From assembly GCA_964571805.1 (NCBI GenBank), contig CAZNDI010000002.1, positions 1-39,511 of the forward strand: a stretch of 39,511 nucleotides of DNA. The letters are read 5' to 3'. A program made the position numbers and the translations under genes. Below are positions 25,665 to 33,987 of the stretch, in pieces. The notes under the pieces are model-generated. The model ran no database searches and was not told the DNA's origin. It saw nothing but the letters and a program-made list of their open reading frames with translations. This stretch comes from an uncultured Candidatus Peribacteria bacterium. GTDB taxonomy: Bacteria; Patescibacteriota; Gracilibacteria; UM-FILTER-43-11. Position 1 is the stretch's first letter. The number at the start of each line of letters is the position of its first letter.

Positions 25665-25705
25665 TGTCATTCCATGACGGAGTTTACGAAGATCATGGAA
25701 TCGTC
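25665..25705 (+). repeat. Hairpin element H1 (TGTCA-stem-loop-stem-TCGTC)
   Basis: TGTCA TTCCATGA CGGAGTTTACGAAGA TCATGGAA TCGTC. Confidence 0.7.
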
Positions 25706-25746
25706 TGTATTCTTAATTCCTAGTTATTCTAGTTCTTTAGAATAAA

Positions 25747-25786
25747 GACGACTCTAGGATCGCACTCCGTTTGTCCTAGAGTGACA
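25747..25786 (-). repeat. Hairpin element H2, same architecture as H1 with compensatory stem changes
   Basis: Minus strand: TGTCA CTCTAGGA CAAACGGAGTGCGA TCCTAGAG TCGTC. A second copy lies at 39476-39511. Confidence 0.7.
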
Positions 25787-25814
25787 ATTAAAACTTATCT
25801 TACTTATCTTTGCT
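25751..25814. repeat. 64-bp repeat, inverted partner of 39448-39511
   Basis: The reverse complement of 39448-39511 matches 25751-25814 at 63/64 positions (mismatch at 25807). Confidence 0.85.
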
Positions 25815-26100
25815 TCCGCCGCGGCGGACTGGGGGAGGTCCCTTGCCAACTGAAAACGGTCCCCTTTTCGGATCATTATAACACAATTCTTGAATCAATT
25901 CAAGTTCTATCAAATGAAAAACAGTAGAAAAGAAAATCCGGGTTAGGTAGTATCTTCATTAGCGTAATTAAAATTTCAAAGTTACGGTCTAAAACACATC
26001 CAAAAAAACAAAAAAATTATTTCACCTACCCATTACCCTTTGACCCCCTCTATTTTGGAGGAACAGAGGAAGGTCCCCTTTAATTTTTAATTTTCGAGGT

Positions 26101-28704
26101 ATGAAGCAAGTTTATTTTTTTGGAGAAGGATCCCAAAATGATGCCGACCTCCTGGGAGGCAAAGGCGCCAATTTAAATGAAATGACTCGGCTGGACATCC
26201 CCGTTCCCCCGGGCTTCACGTTGACCACCAAAGTCTGCAATCAATACCTTGAAAATCGAAACGAGTGGCCCGAAGGGCTCGAAAAAGCGGTGGAAGAAAA
26301 CCTTCAACGCCTCGAAAAAACCATGAACAAAGGCTTTGGCCACAAGCAAAATCCCCTCTTGGTCTCTGTTCGCAGTGGAGCCAAAATCTCCATGCCGGGC
26401 ATGATGGACACCGTGTTGAACCTCGGCCTCAACGATGAAACCCTTCAAGGCCTCATTGAAAGCACTCAAAATGAACGCTTCAGCTGGGATTCCTATCGAC
26501 GCTTCATCCAAATGTTCTCTAATGTCGTTTTGGGCATGAACATGGAAGCCTTTGACGAAATCCTCGACGAAAAGAAGAAGCACGCTCACGCTCAATTTGA
26601 CAGCGACCTCTCGTCCGACGACCTCAAAGACATTGTGAGACAATATAAAATTCATATTGAACAAAAACGCGGTGAACCCTTTCCTCAAGACCCCAAAGAA
26701 CAACTCCGCATGGCCATCAACGCGGTCTTCGACTCGTGGAATGTGCCGCGAGCCATCAGCTATCGGACCATCCACAAAATTCCCCACGATCTTGGCACAG
26801 CGGTCAGTGTTCAGTCGATGGTCTTCGGGAACATGGGAGACACCAGTGGAACCGGAGTGGCTTTTACGCGGAACCCCAGCACGGGAGAGCGCAAATTTTA
26901 TGGAGAATTTTTGATGAACGCCCAAGGTGAAGACGTGGTCGCAGGCATTCGGACGCCGGACTCTATTGAAAAACTCGAGCAAGTGATGCCCGAAGCTTAC
27001 AAACAACTGGTAGACATCTATCAACGCCTAGAACTGCATTATAAAGACATGCAAGACATTGAGTTCACCATCGAAAAAGGGGTGCTTTACATGCTTCAAA
27101 CGCGGAGTGGAAAACGAACGGCCCAGGCATCGGTGCGAACGGCTGTGGAAATGGTTGCCGAAGGCCTGATCGACAAAAAAACAGCCCTCAAGCGCTTAGA
27201 TGCCGATCAAATTGAGCAATTGCTGCACCCCACTCTGACGCCCAATCATGGCAAGCCCGTGATTGCCAAAGGCCTTCCCGCCAGCCCAGGAGCTGCCAGT
27301 GGAAAAGTGGTCTTTGAAAGTGAAGTGGCGGTCGAAATGGCGGCTAAGGGGGAAAAAGTGATTTTGGTCCGAAAAGAAACCAGCCCCGAAGATATCGAAG
27401 GCATGCATGCGGCCCAAGGGATCTTGACAGCCACAGGAGGCATGACCTCTCATGCGGCCGTCGTCGCCCGAGGCATGAACACCTGTTGTGTATCAGGATG
27501 CATGGACATTGTGGTGAATCCTAAAGCTGAAAAATTTGTGACTGCCAGTGGCGTCGAAGTGAAAGCGGGAGACATCATCACCTTAAATGGAAATACAGGG
27601 GAAGTCATTTTGGGCGAGGTGCCCACCACAAAAGTCGAATTGGATGAGAATTTTGAAACCATCCTCACCTGGGCTGATGAGCACGCCAAACTCATCGTTC
27701 GAGCCAATGCAGACACCCCCAAAGACGCTGAAACGGCCTTCAAGTTTGGGGCCAAGGGCATTGGTCTTTGTCGGACCGAACACATGTTTTTTGATTCAGA
27801 ACGCATCCCGGTGATGCAAGAAATGATTTTGGCCACCAGTAAAGAAGGCAGGGTGAAAGCTTTGGACAAATTAGGGATCATGCAAACCGAAGATTTTAGA
27901 GGCATCTTTAAAACCATGAAGGGGCACCCTTGTACCATTCGCTTGCTTGACCCTCCCCTTCACGAATTCTTACCCCACAAAGACACCGACATTCAAGCCT
28001 TGGCCGACAAAGCCGGTCTCACTTTTGAAAAACTCAAAGACATTATCGTCGGCCTCAATGAAGTCAACCCCATGCTCGGTCACCGCGGGTGCCGCTTGAT
28101 GATCACCTATCCGGAAATCACCGAAATGCAAGCCCGAGCCATCATGACAGCCGCCTGTGATTTAGCAGAACAAGGGCTCGAAGTGAACCCCGAAATCATG
28201 ATCCCTCTCGTAGGAACCTTGGATGAATTCACCATCATCAGCCAAGACATTCATCGTATTGCCAAAGAAATTCTTTCGGAACGAAAAGTAGAAGTGAATT
28301 ATAAAGTGGGCACCATGATTGAAATTCCGCGGGCCTGCTTCCGGGCGAAAGTGATTGCTGAAAATGCCGACTTCTTCAGCTTTGGAACCAATGATCTGAC
28401 TCAAATGACCTATGGCTACAGTCGGGATGATGCAGGCAAATTCATTCCTGAATACTTGGAGCAAGGCATTTTGAAAAAGGACCCCTTCGTGAGCATCGAT
28501 GTCAAAGGCGTGGGAGAACTCGTCAAAATCTGCGTGAACGAAGGCCGAAAATCTGCTCCCAAATTGAAGATCGGTGTCTGTGGAGAGCACGGAGGAGACC
28601 CTGATTCCATCACTTTTTTCCATGGGGTGGGACTGAACTATGTTTCTTGCTCCCCTTATCGGGTGCCGGTGGCAAGGATTGCAGCAGCGCAAGCGAATCT
28701 CTAG
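26101..28704 (+). CDS. ppdK: Pyruvate, phosphate dikinase
   Basis: 867 aa. N-terminal GGKGANLNEM, phosphohistidine motif GGMTSHAAVVARG, PEP-utilising domain GLCRTEHMFF, FFSFGTNDLTQ. Confidence 0.95.
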   Translation: MKQVYFFGEGSQNDADLLGGKGANLNEMTRLDIPVPPGFTLTTKVCNQYLENRNEWPEGLEKAVEENLQRLEKTMNKGFGHKQNPLLVSVRSGAKISMPGMMDTVLNLGLNDETLQGLIESTQNERFSWDSYRRFIQMFSNVVLGMNMEAFDEILDEKKKHAHAQFDSDLSSDDLKDIVRQYKIHIEQKRGEPFPQDPKEQLRMAINAVFDSWNVPRAISYRTIHKIPHDLGTAVSVQSMVFGNMGDTSGTGVAFTRNPSTGERKFYGEFLMNAQGEDVVAGIRTPDSIEKLEQVMPEAYKQLVDIYQRLELHYKDMQDIEFTIEKGVLYMLQTRSGKRTAQASVRTAVEMVAEGLIDKKTALKRLDADQIEQLLHPTLTPNHGKPVIAKGLPASPGAASGKVVFESEVAVEMAAKGEKVILVRKETSPEDIEGMHAAQGILTATGGMTSHAAVVARGMNTCCVSGCMDIVVNPKAEKFVTASGVEVKAGDIITLNGNTGEVILGEVPTTKVELDENFETILTWADEHAKLIVRANADTPKDAETAFKFGAKGIGLCRTEHMFFDSERIPVMQEMILATSKEGRVKALDKLGIMQTEDFRGIFKTMKGHPCTIRLLDPPLHEFLPHKDTDIQALADKAGLTFEKLKDIIVGLNEVNPMLGHRGCRLMITYPEITEMQARAIMTAACDLAEQGLEVNPEIMIPLVGTLDEFTIISQDIHRIAKEILSERKVEVNYKVGTMIEIPRACFRAKVIAENADFFSFGTNDLTQMTYGYSRDDAGKFIPEYLEQGILKKDPFVSIDVKGVGELVKICVNEGRKSAPKLKIGVCGEHGGDPDSITFFHGVGLNYVSCSPYRVPVARIAAAQANL

Positions 28705-28727
28705 TGAATTCGGTTTGTAATTGGCCT

Positions 28728-28757
28728 CGTAGGCACGCGATTAATCGCGTGCCTACG
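28728..28757. terminator. Perfect 30-bp palindrome after ppdK
   Basis: CGTAGGCACGCGAT TA ATCGCGTGCCTACG, 23 nt after the ppdK stop, followed by a T-rich stretch. Confidence 0.55.
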
Positions 28758-28777
28758 GGTGCATTATTTCTAAAATT

Positions 28778-29626
28778 ATGAAAAATCAATCCGGAATCAA
28801 ATTGGCCCAAATGCTCAAAAACGGCGTCATCATGGACGTTTCCACCCCCGAACAGGCAATAATCGCTGAAAAAGCAGGAGCTTGCGCGGTGATGGCCTTG
28901 GAGAGAATCCCTTCACAAATCCGGCGAGAAGGAGGAGTGGCTCGCATGAGTGATCCCAAGATGATTTTGGAAATTCAAGCGGCTGTTTCCATTCCTGTGA
29001 TGGCCAAAGTGCGCATCGGACACTTTATGGAAGCCCGGGTTTTGGAGGCTATCGAAATCGATTTTATCGATGAATCCGAAGTTTTGACGGACGCGGATGA
29101 CCAGTATCATGTGGATAAAAACCTATTTCAAATTCCTTTTGTCTGCGGGGCTCGAGATTTGGGTGAAGCCCTGAGGCGCATTGAAGAGGGAGCCAGCATG
29201 ATTCGCACCAAAGGAGAAGCGGGTACCGGTAATATTTTGGAAGCGGTACGACATCAACGTGCCATTCACGCTCAAATCGATCAATTGACGAATTTGGATG
29301 ACCTCGCTTTGATGAAACAAGCCAAAGCCCTGGGAGTGAATGTGGAACTCTTGAAAGAAGTCCAAAAATTAAAACGCCTGCCCGTCGTGAATTTCGCCGC
29401 AGGTGGAATTGCCAGCCCCGCGGATGCTGCCCTAATGATGGCCCTAGGGAGTGATGGCGTCTTTGTCGGCTCAGGAATCTTTGAAGCCGAAAGTCCTGAA
29501 AAAACCGCCCACGCCATCGTTCAAGCCGTCACGCATTGGAGGGATGCTAAAAAGGTGGCAGAAGTGTCAAAAGGATTGGGAGAGGCAATGAAAGGGGTGA
29601 GTACGGAAGAATTAAGAGTTAAGTGA
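28778..29626 (+). CDS. pdxS: Pyridoxal 5'-phosphate synthase subunit PdxS
   Basis: [36 protein letters not shown] and GTGN motifs are typical of PdxS. Confidence 0.95.
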   Translation: MKNQSGIKLAQMLKNGVIMDVSTPEQAIIAEKAGACAVMALERIPSQIRREGGVARMSDPKMILEIQAAVSIPVMAKVRIGHFMEARVLEAIEIDFIDESEVLTDADDQYHVDKNLFQIPFVCGARDLGEALRRIEEGASMIRTKGEAGTGNILEAVRHQRAIHAQIDQLTNLDDLALMKQAKALGVNVELLKEVQKLKRLPVVNFAAGGIASPADAALMMALGSDGVFVGSGIFEAESPEKTAHAIVQAVTHWRDAKKVAEVSKGLGEAMKGVSTEELRVK

Positions 29627-29657
29627 CCTCCCCCAACCCCTCCCAAGGAGGGGGGGG
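29625..29657. repeat. GC-rich palindromic repeat family A, copy overlapping the pdxS stop codon
   Basis: GACCTCCCCCAACCCCTCCCAAGGAGGGGGGGG begins within the TGA at 29624-29626. Confidence 0.8.
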
Positions 29658-29728
29658 CAAAATGAGGATGATATTTGGAAAAAGAACATGGCTTTAGAAT
29701 TCAGGAAAAATAAGCAAATTATAAAGTT

Positions 29729-30301
29729 ATGACTAAAATTCATTGTGGCATCTTGGCTTTTCAGGGTGATGTGGAGGAGCATGAAGCAGCTTTTTTGCGA
29801 CTAGGAATTAAGGCGGATCGAGTTCTTAACCCAGAACAACTTGCACCCCTCACTCACTTGGTGATCCCGGGAGGAGAAAGTACGGTGATGAGTCAATTTT
29901 TGAAAGATTCAGAGGTCAAAAAAATGATCATTGAACGCGTCCAATCGGGACAACTCTCCATTTTTGGGACTTGCGCGGGAGCCATTTTACTGGCCAAAAA
30001 CGTCCAGCCACCGGAGAAAGTGGAGAACATGGCACTGATTGATTTAGACGTGGACCGGAACGCCTATGGCTCTCAACTCCATTCCTTTGAAGAAGAGGTC
30101 AAGTTTTTGCCGACTGAGGAGAAAATCCAAGCCACCTTCATTCGAGCACCCAAATTCACCCGAATAGGAGAAGGGGTCGAAACACTCGCCTCTCATCAGA
30201 ACACTCCGATCTTGGTCCGTCAAAAAAATGTGCTGGCAGGGAGTTTTCACCCTGAATATTTGGAAAATCCCATTGTTCACAACTATTTCCTTCAAATGTG
30301 A
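29729..30301 (+). CDS. pdxT: Pyridoxal 5'-phosphate synthase glutaminase subunit PdxT
   Basis: GILAFQGDVEEH, catalytic Cys in GTCAGAILLA, FHPE near the C-terminus. Confidence 0.9.
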   Translation: MTKIHCGILAFQGDVEEHEAAFLRLGIKADRVLNPEQLAPLTHLVIPGGESTVMSQFLKDSEVKKMIIERVQSGQLSIFGTCAGAILLAKNVQPPEKVENMALIDLDVDRNAYGSQLHSFEEEVKFLPTEEKIQATFIRAPKFTRIGEGVETLASHQNTPILVRQKNVLAGSFHPEYLENPIVHNYFLQM

Positions 30302-30305
30302 ACCA

Positions 30306-30330
30306 GTAGTATGTAGTATGTAGTATGTAT
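30306..30330. repeat. 7-bp microsatellite (GTAGTAT) x3.5
   Basis: GTAGTATGTAGTATGTAGTATGTAT directly after the pdxT stop. Confidence 0.8.
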
Positions 30331-30422
30331 TAATTATTCAATAATCGAAGTTGTGAAGCATAGGAGGTGATAGCTTTAAAAAAAGCTTACCGCTCTCCGC
30401 TCACCGCTCTCCGCTTTAATTT

Positions 30423-31247
30423 ATGATAGGAATCTTCGACTCAGGCTTCGGTGGTCTCACCGTGATGAAAGAGTATTTAAAAAAATACCCTGAGTTTGAT
30501 TATGTTTATTTGGGCGATCAGGCCAATAGCCCTTACGGACCGCACAGCAAAGAAAGAGTGGAACGACTGACCCTGAAAGGAATCGATTTTTTAGTTCAAC
30601 AAGGGTGTCATCTCATCATTGTGGCCTGCAACACCGCTAGTGCAGATGCTTTGCGAGCCGCCCAAGCTAAGTATCAAGGAAGCCCTGTAATTTTAGGGGT
30701 CATCGTGCCGGCGGTAGAAGAGGCCTTGAAACAGAGTCGCTTTGGCAATGTTGGACTGCTCGCAACCCGGAGCACCGTCGACTCAAAGGCTTATGACAGA
30801 GAATTGGAAAAATATGGTCAACTTTATAGCGCAAAAGACAAGAGGGCTCGAGATAAAGTGAAAGTCTACCCTCAGGCCTGCCCCCTCCTCGTTCCCCTCA
30901 TTGAAGAAGGACTGATCAAAAACCCTGCGACTCGAATGATTTTAAGAAACTATTTACGCCCTTTGAAACATGCCAAAATCGACACCCTCATTTTAGGCTG
31001 CACCCACTACCCCCTTTTAGAAAAGGAAGTGATCCGAATGATGGGAAAAAACTGTCAGGTCATCTCCTCGGCCAGCGCTGCCGTGAGAGCGATCGGAAGT
31101 TATTTTGAAAGACACCCTTCGCTCTTAGAACAATTGAGCAAAAATGCCACGCGTCGTTACTTGACGACTGATTCTGTGGAACGATTCACAGAACTAGGCA
31201 GCCGATTTCTTGGACAAAAAATAGAGGTTGAAAAAGTGGATATTTAA
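30423..31247 (+). CDS. murI: Glutamate racemase
   Basis: IGIFDSGFGGLTV, VACNTAS (Cys 1), LGCTHYPLL (Cys 2). Confidence 0.9.
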   Translation: MIGIFDSGFGGLTVMKEYLKKYPEFDYVYLGDQANSPYGPHSKERVERLTLKGIDFLVQQGCHLIIVACNTASADALRAAQAKYQGSPVILGVIVPAVEEALKQSRFGNVGLLATRSTVDSKAYDRELEKYGQLYSAKDKRARDKVKVYPQACPLLVPLIEEGLIKNPATRMILRNYLRPLKHAKIDTLILGCTHYPLLEKEVIRMMGKNCQVISSASAAVRAIGSYFERHPSLLEQLSKNATRRYLTTDSVERFTELGSRFLGQKIEVEKVDI

Positions 31248-31288
31248 CGATATCATTTCACCCATAGGAAAAATTTTAATTTTCTCAA

Positions 31289-31687
31289 ATGAGCGAAAAG
31301 ATCGGAACCACAAGCCGTCTTGATCAGAGTCTGAAAAGTCTTTTAAGCTATCGAGGCAAAACCCCGGGCATTGAAACCGTGCCAGGAATGATGATTAAGC
31401 CCATTCTTACTCTTGCTGCCCAGGAAAATTTGTCTGCCTTTGAGCTGGCAAAGCTTCTTGCTGAACGGATGCCTTTTTTGGGAGATATCGTCACGATCTT
31501 ACACCGTCTTGAAAAATTCAACACAGAAAAAGTCATCCGGGACACGCGAAGAGGGATTGTAGAAATAAGGATCATCAATCCAAATGAAGTTGTAGGAGGA
31601 AATGCTGCTAACACCCCAAGTGAAGTTATGAAGAATGAGCTACTTCCGACTCCTAATAATATTTCTCATGAACAACAAGGCGGGTGA
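31289..31687 (+). CDS. Hypothetical protein
   Basis: 132-aa ORF. No motif recognised. Confidence 0.5.
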   Translation: MSEKIGTTSRLDQSLKSLLSYRGKTPGIETVPGMMIKPILTLAAQENLSAFELAKLLAERMPFLGDIVTILHRLEKFNTEKVIRDTRRGIVEIRIINPNEVVGGNAANTPSEVMKNELLPTPNNISHEQQGG

Positions 31688-31919
31688 CACCTACCCCCCA
31701 AACATCACCCTAGAAGCAGCCGTCGATTTATTGAGTCGTTTTGAGTCACTCAGAGAAATTCCAGACCATTCTTTCAGGCTGATTTCCGCTATCTTACGAA
31801 GGGATCAGAGGTCTATGGCAGAAGTCTGTCGCCTCATCAAAGAAAAGTTTGGGCCAGAAAATCTCATTCTTGTCATAAAGTCAGTGAGGGAAAAACTGAG
31901 TGCTTGTGCCTCCAAATAG
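31668..31919 (+). CDS. Hypothetical small protein
   Basis: The in-frame ATG at 31668 (MNNKAGD...) is preferred over 31635. Overlaps the upstream gene by 20 nt. Confidence 0.4.
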   Translation: MNNKAGDTYPPNITLEAAVDLLSRFESLREIPDHSFRLISAILRRDQRSMAEVCRLIKEKFGPENLILVIKSVREKLSACASK

Positions 31920-31933
31920 TATTGCATTAAAAA

Positions 31934-32000
31934 ATCCCTGTAGGTCCAACATCGTAGTGCAACCTTACAGGGATGTAGGACCACACCATGGTGTGGTCCT
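31934..32000. terminator. Two adjacent hairpins between convergent genes (likely bidirectional terminator)
   Basis: ATCCCTGTAGGT (31934-31945) pairs with ACCTTACAGGGAT (31962-31974) with one bulge. A perfect 24-bp palindrome AGGACCACACCATGGTGTGGTCCT lies at 31977-32000. Confidence 0.55.
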
Positions 32001-32015
32001 ATTTAAGTAGCCCTA

Positions 32016-33800
32016 CTATTTAAGGGTCACCGCAATGGTATCGGTCGCTGAAGTTTGGCCTTCTTTTTCGGAGTAGACACTAAAATTATTGAGACCTGGC
32101 ACAAGGGTCACCCCCATGCTCCATTTCTCCAACCCAGGAGCATAACCCTCGACCTTACTGCCATTCACATAGACGGCCTCTGGCTCACCAGTCACAGCCC
32201 CTCCTATCGTGATTTGATTCAATGTGGTCTCGTAGGCAGATGCAGTGCTAGGAAGGTTGATCGAAGCCGATAAAGCCCCCGATTGAGCTGGCTTTGCGTC
32301 AGTTGGCGGAGTTTCTGAAGCCGTGCCCGAAGTGTCGATCGTGATCGAAGCGGACCCTAATTTTTTGCCATCCTCATCAAAAGCTTCCACATTATAAACA
32401 TTCTTTTGCCCTGTCTTGAGCGTCCCTACGGCTGTGTTCGCATTGTATTTAAAACTAGTATCCCCCAAGCTAAAGGCCTTCAACTGATAGCCATTGACCA
32501 TGACTTTTGCTGCCTTTGAAGGTGTGGTACCGGCAATCACAAAACTCGTTTCACCGGTGACCAGATTCTTTCCCCCATTGGGTGAAGTGATGGCTACATC
32601 TCCGGTGGAAGTGGCTTCGACTGTATCGTCTTTCAATCCGGCGTCATCCCATACTTTTTGAGGGAGGATTAAAGTGATTTTGGCCACCTTGCTTTTATCT
32701 CCTGCCTTATTCTCTGCCGTGACAGTAAAGACATTTGAACCGACCTTTAAATTTTTGATGGTGGCACTGGCTTTATAAGTAAATTTACCGGAACCAGGCA
32801 CGTACTGATCGAGGGTGTATTCATTCACAATCACTTTTTCGGTATCTTCACTCACGGTTCCAGAAATAAACTGATCTGTTTTTTTGAGGGTCACCTCATC
32901 CCCATTTTCTCCAGGGACGGTGATTTGAGGGGTGTCAGGACCTTCTCCATTTTCTTTATCTTCTTCATCAGGGTCTTTCTCCTCTTCATCTGTCGTCGTT
33001 TCATCGTCAGAAGGAGTCACCTCCTCCTCGTCAGCCGTTCCTCCGTCTTTCTTTTGGTTCCAACTGTACCAATCGGAAGCTTTGAAGGTTTTATCCAATT
33101 CAAAGACCACTTCTTTATTCAAGCCCTTAACAAGATTTGAAACCACAGCATCCGTGACCACCAATTGCTGTGCGGCTTTTACCGTGAGGGTTTTGACGAC
33201 CTTAGAGCCGTCCAAAATGTCAGCTTTGACTTGGCCCTTGAGAACATAAAGGCTGTCGGGCGCGGTGAGTGCAAATTTTGATCCTGAAGGGGCGGTGACC
33301 GTAAACGTATCTGTTTCAACGGTAAATTCACTGTCTGTCATATTGCCATTCGTCAGGTCGACCCACAAATTTCCCTTTTCTAAGGTGAGCCCCACTTGAG
33401 AAGAAGTCGTTCCTTTGGTCAACTCATCGACGGCTAAAGTGGAGGAATCATCCAAACGGGCGGTATTCCCATCAAAAAAAGTGAGAGACAAGCGCCCGTC
33501 TGATAGGGTTTGAAGCTTTTCTTGCTCAAAAATATCAATGTCTCCTGGTAGCGCCTTCCACTCATCCCCTTCGGAAGCCATGACTCTGGCGGCACCTGAA
33601 TCTATTTCAACCTTCACCTTGGCTTCCACCGATTCAGGAGAAACTGTCTCATCACTTCCTCCGAACAAACTGCCCAAAAGCTTCCATGCAGCGATGATGA
33701 TGGCAATAAAAACAACGAGGACAAGGAAGGGTTTGATGTAATCCGAACCTTTTCTACCTTCCGGAACGCGACGCTTATTATTATATTGGTAATAATTCAT
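32016..33800 (-). CDS. Membrane-anchored surface protein: N-terminal TM, FecR-like domain (tentative), acidic linker, Ig-like repeats
   Basis: TM segment FLVLVVFIAIIIAAW. The GDEWKALPGDIDIFEQEKLQTLSDGRLSLTFFDGNTARL pattern resembles a FecR domain. D/E-rich linker. Repeated beta-rich segments (VTL.., Y.V.A.D..G). Confidence 0.6.
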   Translation of the reverse strand: MNYYQYNNKRRVPEGRKGSDYIKPFLVLVVFIAIIIAAWKLLGSLFGGSDETVSPESVEAKVKVEIDSGAARVMASEGDEWKALPGDIDIFEQEKLQTLSDGRLSLTFFDGNTARLDDSSTLAVDELTKGTTSSQVGLTLEKGNLWVDLTNGNMTDSEFTVETDTFTVTAPSGSKFALTAPDSLYVLKGQVKADILDGSKVVKTLTVKAAQQLVVTDAVVSNLVKGLNKEVVFELDKTFKASDWYSWNQKKDGGTADEEEVTPSDDETTTDEEEKDPDEEDKENGEGPDTPQITVPGENGDEVTLKKTDQFISGTVSEDTEKVIVNEYTLDQYVPGSGKFTYKASATIKNLKVGSNVFTVTAENKAGDKSKVAKITLILPQKVWDDAGLKDDTVEATSTGDVAITSPNGGKNLVTGETSFVIAGTTPSKAAKVMVNGYQLKAFSLGDTSFKYNANTAVGTLKTGQKNVYNVEAFDEDGKKLGSASITIDTSGTASETPPTDAKPAQSGALSASINLPSTASAYETTLNQITIGGAVTGEPEAVYVNGSKVEGYAPGLEKWSMGVTLVPGLNNFSVYSEKEGQTSATDTIAVTLK

Positions 33801-33804
33801 ACAA

Positions 33805-33832
33805 AAATTTTAAATTTTAAATTCTAAATTTT
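33805..33832. repeat. 7-bp tandem repeat (AAATTTT) x4, one variant
   Basis: AAATTTT AAATTTT AAATTCT AAATTTT in the divergent intergenic region upstream of secA. Confidence 0.75.
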
Positions 33833-33930
33833 AAAGGACGGCACAGAGTGACTTTTAAAATTCAGGATTCATCATTTATTATGTAAAAATTAAGGAAGGC
33901 GTATTGAAATTCTACAAAATCATATTTCGT

Positions 33931-33959
33931 TTGTCAATTTACCCTTGAGCCCTTATACT
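33931..33959 (+). promoter_or_regulatory. Candidate sigma70 promoter of secA
   Basis: TTGTCA (33931-33936), 17-nt spacer, TATACT (33954-33959). Ends 28 nt before the secA ATG. Confidence 0.5.
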
Positions 33960-33987
33960 CATTGAGTGCCAATAACCTAAAATAGAG

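Noticed and set aside
26173-27024. 283-aa minus-strand ORF, plus the minus-strand ORFs 27450-27938 and 28162-28692, all inside ppdK
   Set aside because: They lie fully antisense to a strongly conserved, intact pyruvate phosphate dikinase gene. Their translations are low-complexity (H/F/R/G-rich) with no motifs. They are typical shadow ORFs of a codon-biased gene.
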